Shown: piece by piece, positions 59,266 to 64,000 of the stretch
How positions within the stretch are numbered: position 1 is the stretch's first letter
Layout: each line of letters starts with the position of its first letter
Source of the DNA: a virus
Virus record (IMG/VR): IMGVR_UViG_3300025012_000042
Location: 48,821-112,820 of that record
Length of the DNA: 64,000 nt
Direction: 5' to 3' (one strand)
Position numbers and translations under genes: made by a program
The notes under the pieces: generated by a model
Seen by the model: the letters and a program-made list of their open reading frames with translations, nothing else
Told to the model about the DNA's origin: nothing
The model's database searches: none

Positions 59266-60885
59266 TTAAATTCCCATACTTGATATTTTCTTGTCATCAC
59301 TTGCTAATAATCTACTAATTTCTTTATCATGTAATATTTTAAAGTTATCAAATTTACTAAAACACAAATCTCTATTAAGTGTATTTAGATTCTTATTAAC
59401 ATTCATAATTAAAAATGAACTATATAAATCCCTTTGTATCTTAAACTCACCAAAATCATTCCATCTCTCTGATAAATCCTTCTTAACATAAGTATTATCA
59501 ATATGATTATATTGACTTGCTTTAATACTATAAGTATCAATCTTATACAATTGTGTTCCATTCCATTTCAATTTATTATCTAAAATTGTTAGAAACATTG
59601 AAGGTGCTTTATTTGCTAAAGATTTTCCAAATCGTTTCTTCTTATTAAATTTACCATCTTTGTTTTTGGTAGTTTTCTTAGCTCTCTTTTGCAATCCTTT
59701 ATAACTCATAGTTTCAACATAGAATTTATCTCCTAAATTCAATATCTCATTTGCTAAAATGTTATGAGATTCTTTTCTCAATGCCGATTGTTTCCTGAAT
59801 AATTCTTTCCTAACATTCTTGATTTTAACGTAATGTTTGCTATAAATCCATTTATCTTTATTTCCTTTGACTATAGTACCATTTTTATTGAATTTATTTG
59901 GATTAGTTGCTCTTCTTGATCTATCCATTTTTCGTTGAAGAAGTTTTACTTCTCTATTAATCTTATTAATTTCAGGTGCTAATTCTAATAACTTTACTTG
60001 ATATTGACTACTAAAAGCAATAGTTTGAGTACCAATGTCAATTCCGACAGGTGATTCAATGCCTATTTTACCTTTAATTTCACCTTGTTTAGTTACTTTA
60101 GTAGGAGGAATGCCTTCCATAATTAACTGTATATAATAATGGCATTTCTCCTTAATCATTTCTCTTTTGATACGACAATACTTTACTTTATCTTGAATTG
60201 TCATATGTGCATAAACATCATTATCCTTAATAATTACAGGAATTTTAAGTCCATTCCAGATTAATTGATTGGATTTAATATCATATTTAATACCACTCTT
60301 ATTCCATTTTCCTTCAATGCTTTTTAATTTGTCATATTTAATGAAATTAACTTTCTTAGCAGCATGAAACATTAATTTTTCAAAAGCTGAATATGCTCTT
60401 GAGGCTAATTTTTGACAAGTTAAACTATCAATATTGTCTTTAAAATGTTTATACGTTGGTTTAACAAATTCATGAAGTGAATATTCATTAATATTATAAA
60501 GTTTATTCAAATCATTAAATTGTTTGTTTCTATCTTTGCCTTTAGGAAGTTTACTAATTTTTTGGTATGCCTTAGATTCTCTCATGTGGTTATATCGTTT
60601 CAATATTTCACCTAAACAAGCATTATATATTTGTCTACATATATTAAATCGTTTATCCAAAATATCTTCTTGATATATTTCAGTACTTAAAGGAAGAGTT
60701 AAAACATAATTTGATTTTGAATTATCTTTTGGCAATGAATATTCACCTCATTTCTTTTATTTATTACTTATGTAACATATTAATTATACAATTTATGAGA
60801 ATATATTGCAAGTATATTTATTTAATTATTATACTTAATATAAACACCATTCATCCTCACACGCTGAAGCGTGGAGGCTTTCTGG
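59060..60885 (-). mobile_element. non-autonomous IS200/IS605-family (TnpB-only) element
   Basis: Subterminal hairpins at both ends (GCCTCCACGCTTCAGCGTGTGAGG and CCTGCCGAGCTTCAGCTCGTGCAG); right end finishes TTCAG; no tnpA. Confidence 0.75.
59266..60735 (-). CDS. tnpB: TnpB RNA-guided endonuclease
   Basis: RQIYN; RuvC motifs VGIDIG, VETMS and QRDLYS. Confidence 0.85.
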   Translation of the reverse strand: MPKDNSKSNYVLTLPLSTEIYQEDILDKRFNICRQIYNACLGEILKRYNHMRESKAYQKISKLPKGKDRNKQFNDLNKLYNINEYSLHEFVKPTYKHFKDNIDSLTCQKLASRAYSAFEKLMFHAAKKVNFIKYDKLKSIEGKWNKSGIKYDIKSNQLIWNGLKIPVIIKDNDVYAHMTIQDKVKYCRIKREMIKEKCHYYIQLIMEGIPPTKVTKQGEIKGKIGIESPVGIDIGTQTIAFSSQYQVKLLELAPEINKINREVKLLQRKMDRSRRATNPNKFNKNGTIVKGNKDKWIYSKHYVKIKNVRKELFRKQSALRKESHNILANEILNLGDKFYVETMSYKGLQKRAKKTTKNKDGKFNKKKRFGKSLANKAPSMFLTILDNKLKWNGTQLYKIDTYSIKASQYNHIDNTYVKKDLSERWNDFGEFKIQRDLYSSFLIMNVNKNLNTLNRDLCFSKFDNFKILHDKEISRLLASDDKKISSMGI

Positions 60886-60959
60886 CTGAATTCCTGAATT
60901 CTGTAAATGATTTCTAATTGCATACTTTGGATTTTTCGGTTTTAAAGGACATGACAATA

Positions 60960-61256
60960 TTATTCACCCTTTCTCAATCTTCGTTTTCTCCATCCTTCGA
61001 ATATTTCTTTCTCATCTTCCGTTTCTACGTATATACTATCATAATAATCATAAGTTTCTTGTCGTTTCTTTCTGTCAAAAATAATTTCTGAAAAAGACGT
61101 TGGTTTTACTGCTATCACACTCATTCTTTTCACTCCTTTCCATAACTTTGGTTTGATTCTAGAATCAATAATCTTTACTAATGATTTATGGGAATTACGC
61201 CTAACCCTTCTTGCTCGTGGTTTCACTCTCATGATAATCACCTCTTCCATACACAT
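60960..61256 (-). CDS. hypothetical protein (true start may be internal, MSVIAVK)
   Basis: AAGGAGTG RBS precedes the internal ATG. Confidence 0.5.
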   Translation of the reverse strand: MCMEEVIIMRVKPRARRVRRNSHKSLVKIIDSRIKPKLWKGVKRMSVIAVKPTSFSEIIFDRKKRQETYDYYDSIYVETEDEKEIFEGWRKRRLRKGE

Positions 61257-61348
61257 TTTACCATAAAATGTAATGAAATGAAATAATGATATTTAAAAAG
61301 AGGGAGAATAAGCTCCCCATAATATTCAAACTAACTTAACCAAAATAA

Positions 61349-61525
61349 TCATAACCTCATCAAAACAAACATCAAACATTTTCTAATAAATCCCTTAACC
61401 AAACCGTCCTTAACTAAAACTTCCTCACCATAATCCTGTTCTACATCCTCTTTGTTAGCATAATACTCTTCATAATTCCATTCATCGTAATGATCTCTAC
61501 AAGGGAATTCAATAATCTTACCCAT
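61349..61525 (-). CDS. 58-aa hypothetical protein
   Basis: MGKIIEFP start, directly after the 61528 ORF. Confidence 0.45.
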   Translation of the reverse strand: MGKIIEFPCRDHYDEWNYEEYYANKEDVEQDYGEEVLVKDGLVKGFIRKCLMFVLMRL

Positions 61526-61527
61526 AA

Positions 61528-61977
61528 TTAAACCAACTTCTCTATGTATTCATCACCTTTATCCTTATCCATCCTTTTATACTTTTTCCTTATATCTCTC
61601 ACCAGTTTCCTGTGTAAACCCACACAACCCTTCTTTATGTCATTTATCACAATCGAGCTATCACAACTCCCACAAGCCGAATCCCTACCTCTCACAAACG
61701 ATTCTACAATGTCTTCACGACTTTCAAATTCTTCAATTACCCAATCTAAATCAAATCCTGCCAACAAATTTAATTCTCTTAATTTATTAATCTCATTCTG
61801 CAATTCTAAATTAATCATATCGCAATTATCGCATTCGCACTCGAACCAACTAAAAGGATAAAGAGTTGAGTAATAACTAAACTTATAATCTCCTCTACCA
61901 GTTTCTGAGTTGGAGAAAATATTAATTTTACCACCATAATTTCCATCAGTATCCTTAATTACATATGCTTTAATCAT
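61528..61977 (-). CDS. Cys-containing hypothetical protein
   Basis: RBS GAGGAG; consensus promoter upstream. Confidence 0.65.
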   Translation of the reverse strand: MIKAYVIKDTDGNYGGKINIFSNSETGRGDYKFSYYSTLYPFSWFECECDNCDMINLELQNEINKLRELNLLAGFDLDWVIEEFESREDIVESFVRGRDSACGSCDSSIVINDIKKGCVGLHRKLVRDIRKKYKRMDKDKGDEYIEKLV

Positions 61978-62038
61978 GTTTATGTATCTCCTCTACTCTA
62001 ATATTTTAAGGCCGATTGACTATCAACCTCTTGATATT

Positions 62039-62128
62039 ATTATAGAGGAGAACTAGGATAATGTCAATATCTAAATAGATAAAACTATTTAGATATTGAA
62101 TATTTGATATTATCTATTTAGATAATAT
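62039..62128 (-). promoter_or_regulatory. consensus SigA promoter with overlapping palindrome array
   Basis: TTGACA-17-TATAAT (62067-62039); 15-bp inverted repeat 62064-62099; palindrome 62107-62128. Confidence 0.65.
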
Positions 62129-62130
62129 GA

Positions 62131-62397
62131 TTACACAAAATCAATCTCTATTCGCTCACCATTATTATCATAGTAAAATAAATCTCCAAGTCTTGATTCG
62201 AATATCTGACACAACCCTACTGCGTATATCAATCTCCAATCAGCCCGATTGTTTAAAAGCTGTACAAGTGCTTTGTATTCAATAAGTATTCCAATTTCAT
62301 TATATTTATCAACCAACCACTGAATCTTTCTACTATCCAATTTAATATTGATTTGATATCTATCACATAATACTCTTAATCCTTTGTCCATATCCAA
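62131..62397 (-). CDS. hypothetical protein
   Basis: RBS AGGAGTG, TTG start. Confidence 0.6.
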   Translation of the reverse strand: MDMDKGLRVLCDRYQINIKLDSRKIQWLVDKYNEIGILIEYKALVQLLNNRADWRLIYAVGLCQIFESRLGDLFYYDNNGERIEIDFV

Positions 62398-62752
62398 TCA
62401 CTCCTATCTATTATCTTATTATACCAGAATTTCATATGTTGTAATCAAAAATCAAAACATATGTATTAGGAGTGAAACAAAATAATAACTTAAACCTAAA
62501 AATCAGTAACTTTTACCTTCCTATCAGCATAATATCATGAAAATATATTCATGTCAAATATATTTATATCTTACTTTACAAACCTCTAAACTTACAAACC
62601 TCAATCACAAACAAGAAAAAAGGGGGCCCCCAAATAGAGGTCTTTCTATCGAATTATATTAAATCATATCCAATGTTTACAAATACTGTCGAATCTGTCT
62701 TTTACCTCCCAACATATGTTAAAATGAACATAAATAAGGAGGTGAAAGAAGA

Positions 62753-63028
62753 ATGTATAAAAATATCAAGACGCTAAACTTTAATAAAGAGACTAAATCA
62801 ATGTCTTCTAGCAATATCGTGGGTGGCACAATTGGTAAAGTTGAGTTTAAGGACGGAACTATTATTGAAACCACGAATCTCTCAGACATGATGTATATGA
62901 AATTCAACTGTCCTATTGAGATCCAAGAAAATGGTAATGTAATTTTCCCTAAAACAGATACTTCAAAGTCTATTCCATCTAATACTAAACTTAAAATATC
63001 AGCTAACGGATTAGAAATTATCGCTTAA
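62753..63028 (+). CDS. hypothetical protein
   Basis: RBS AAGGAGGTG. Confidence 0.65.
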   Translation: MYKNIKTLNFNKETKSMSSSNIVGGTIGKVEFKDGTIIETTNLSDMMYMKFNCPIEIQENGNVIFPKTDTSKSIPSNTKLKISANGLEIIA

Positions 63029-63113
63029 TCTCAGCTTTTATTCCTTTTGAAGTGATAGCAATACTAATATTTTTCTCATCAATGTACATTCCATCTTTGC
63101 TAAGTGTGACCAT
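63018..63113 (-). CDS. 31-aa peptide MVTLSKDGMYIDEKNISIAITSKGIKAEIKR
   Basis: RBS GAAAGGAGG 8 nt upstream. Confidence 0.45.
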   Translation of the reverse strand: MVTLSKDGMYIDEKNISIAITSKGIKAEIKR

Positions 63114-63195
63114 TGTGTATTCCTCCTTTCCAAGCTGTTCAAAATTGAACAGCTTCTTTTTTATTTAATTTAATAACCAAACACCCAACCCAAAA

Positions 63196-63333
63196 TCATC
63201 TCCTCAACTTCCTCAACAATTCACTTGCTCTCTTATTCCTTGCAATTGCCTTATCACTTGGTCTTCTTAACAACTCTTCTCTAATTTTATCTGCATATTC
63301 GCCTTCTGCTTCAGTTGCTTTTTCAAGTTTCAT
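63196..63333 (-). CDS. 45-aa basic helical protein
   Basis: RBS AAGGTGG; MKLEKATEAEGEYADKIREELLRRPSDKAIARNKRASELL. Confidence 0.5.
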   Translation of the reverse strand: MKLEKATEAEGEYADKIREELLRRPSDKAIARNKRASELLRKLRR

Positions 63334-63555
63334 TATGATTTCCACCTTCTTAAATATATTTATTTTATACTTTACAAACCCACATCCATCATGGTATACT
63401 ATTTAAAGATAGAAAGGAGTGGATATTATCATTCGTGATGGGCCGGAGTAAAAGATACATAAGGTAGACTAACAAATCCAAGCATCAATAGTAATTCATA
63501 AAAACAATACAAATACAAAAATAAATTAAATTATAAGAAAGAAGGAATTAAAAAC

Positions 63556-64000
63556 ATGACAACAATGACAACTGAATTAATAATTAAAGAAGTAGATTTT
63601 AATGGGGCTAATATATTAGTAGTACAAAATATTGATGGTAAAATGTATGCAGGTGTTAAATGGGTTTGCGATGGTCTTGGATTAGATGTTAAAGGCCAAA
63701 GAGAAAAAATTCAGAAACACGAAGTATTTTCAAAGGGGGTGGCAACCTTGCCCCTACCTTCAAATGGAGGAATTCAAGATGCTATAATGATAGAATTAGA
63801 TTTTCTTCCTCTTTGGTTAGCTGGCATTAATCCAAAACTAGTAGGAGAATCTGTAAAGGAAAAATTAATAATTTATCAACTCAAAGCAAAAGATGTTTTA
63901 GCAAAGGCATTTCTTCCAGACATTGAATTATTCATACAAAATTATCTCGATATGGACGAAGATGAAAGAGGAATTGCATATTTTAAAGAAAAGAAACAAA
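63556..64000 (+). CDS. phage antirepressor, P22 AR N-terminal type (truncated by window end)
   Basis: KEVDFNG...VKWVCDGLGL...LPLWLAGIN...YQLKAKDVLAKAF. Confidence 0.8.
   Translation, partial: MTTMTTELIIKEVDFNGANILVVQNIDGKMYAGVKWVCDGLGLDVKGQREKIQKHEVFSKGVATLPLPSNGGIQDAIMIELDFLPLWLAGINPKLVGESVKEKLIIYQLKAKDVLAKAFLPDIELFIQNYLDMDEDERGIAYFKEKKQ

Larger units (their letters stand above)
58883..60957 (-). pseudogene. 82-aa gene interrupted by the TnpB element (60957-60886 joined to 59059-58883)
   Basis: Removing 59060-60885 restores the frame ...NSGIQ|TISKAEL...YTRT-stop; GGGTG RBS before TTG. Confidence 0.65.

Noticed and set aside
29147-59491. Many short + strand ORFs inside tail, tape measure, amidase and tnpB genes (e.g. 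35632-36219, 46229-46645, 52513-53082)
   Set aside because: Antisense shadows of long coding frames, with no RBS or motifs
59060-60885. IStron (group I intron-IS hybrid), suggested by the terminal TCAG and in-frame insertion
   Set aside because: Only 150 mostly AT-rich nt lie between the left end and tnpB; no room or motifs for a group I intron core
12170-62625. Degenerate CTACAACCC...CAA-like motif at about 12177, 21389, 28060 and 62593
   Set aside because: Too degenerate to separate from C/A strand skew without a statistical motif search
63410-63461. Tiny ORF (IIIRDGPE) after a strong RBS, as a possible signalling peptide
   Set aside because: No canonical start codon at proper spacing and no receptor or processing gene nearby
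1-64000. CRISPR array, rRNA, integrase/att site, reverse transcriptase or diversity-generating retroelement
   Set aside because: No regularly spaced repeats, rRNA-like sequence, recombinase or RT motifs, or template/variable repeat pair seen by eye

Overview
AT-rich window from a large Firmicutes (Clostridia-like) siphovirus with SPbeta/c-st-like gene organisation. Left end (+ strand): small hypothetical genes plus thyX, a dNMP kinase and a deoxyribosyltransferase-like gene. Right two-thirds (- strand): tape measure protein with SLT domain, Dit, two large tail/fibre proteins, a lysis cassette, an AEP primase, a Mom-like DNA modifier, a BRO-RusA fusion, several free-standing endonuclease genes and a TnpB-only IS200/IS605 element. 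Between the two phage arms (about 6.1-19.8 kb) is a plasmid-type block: a Rep gene with a DnaA-box origin and antisense-RNA leader, a ParMRC-like partition system, and a minimal conjugation set (M23 peptidase, pilin-, VirB6-, PrgI-, VirB4- and VirD4-like genes, Replic_Relax relaxase). This suggests a conjugative phage-plasmid. Other main observations: five three-way-junction RNA leaders whose loop pairs with the downstream RBS region of potentially toxic genes; sporulation-type signals (0A boxes, SigH and SigF promoters) at the replicon; and a reconstructable TnpB insertion with predicted TAM TTCAG. All calls come from reading motifs by eye; no database searches were run.
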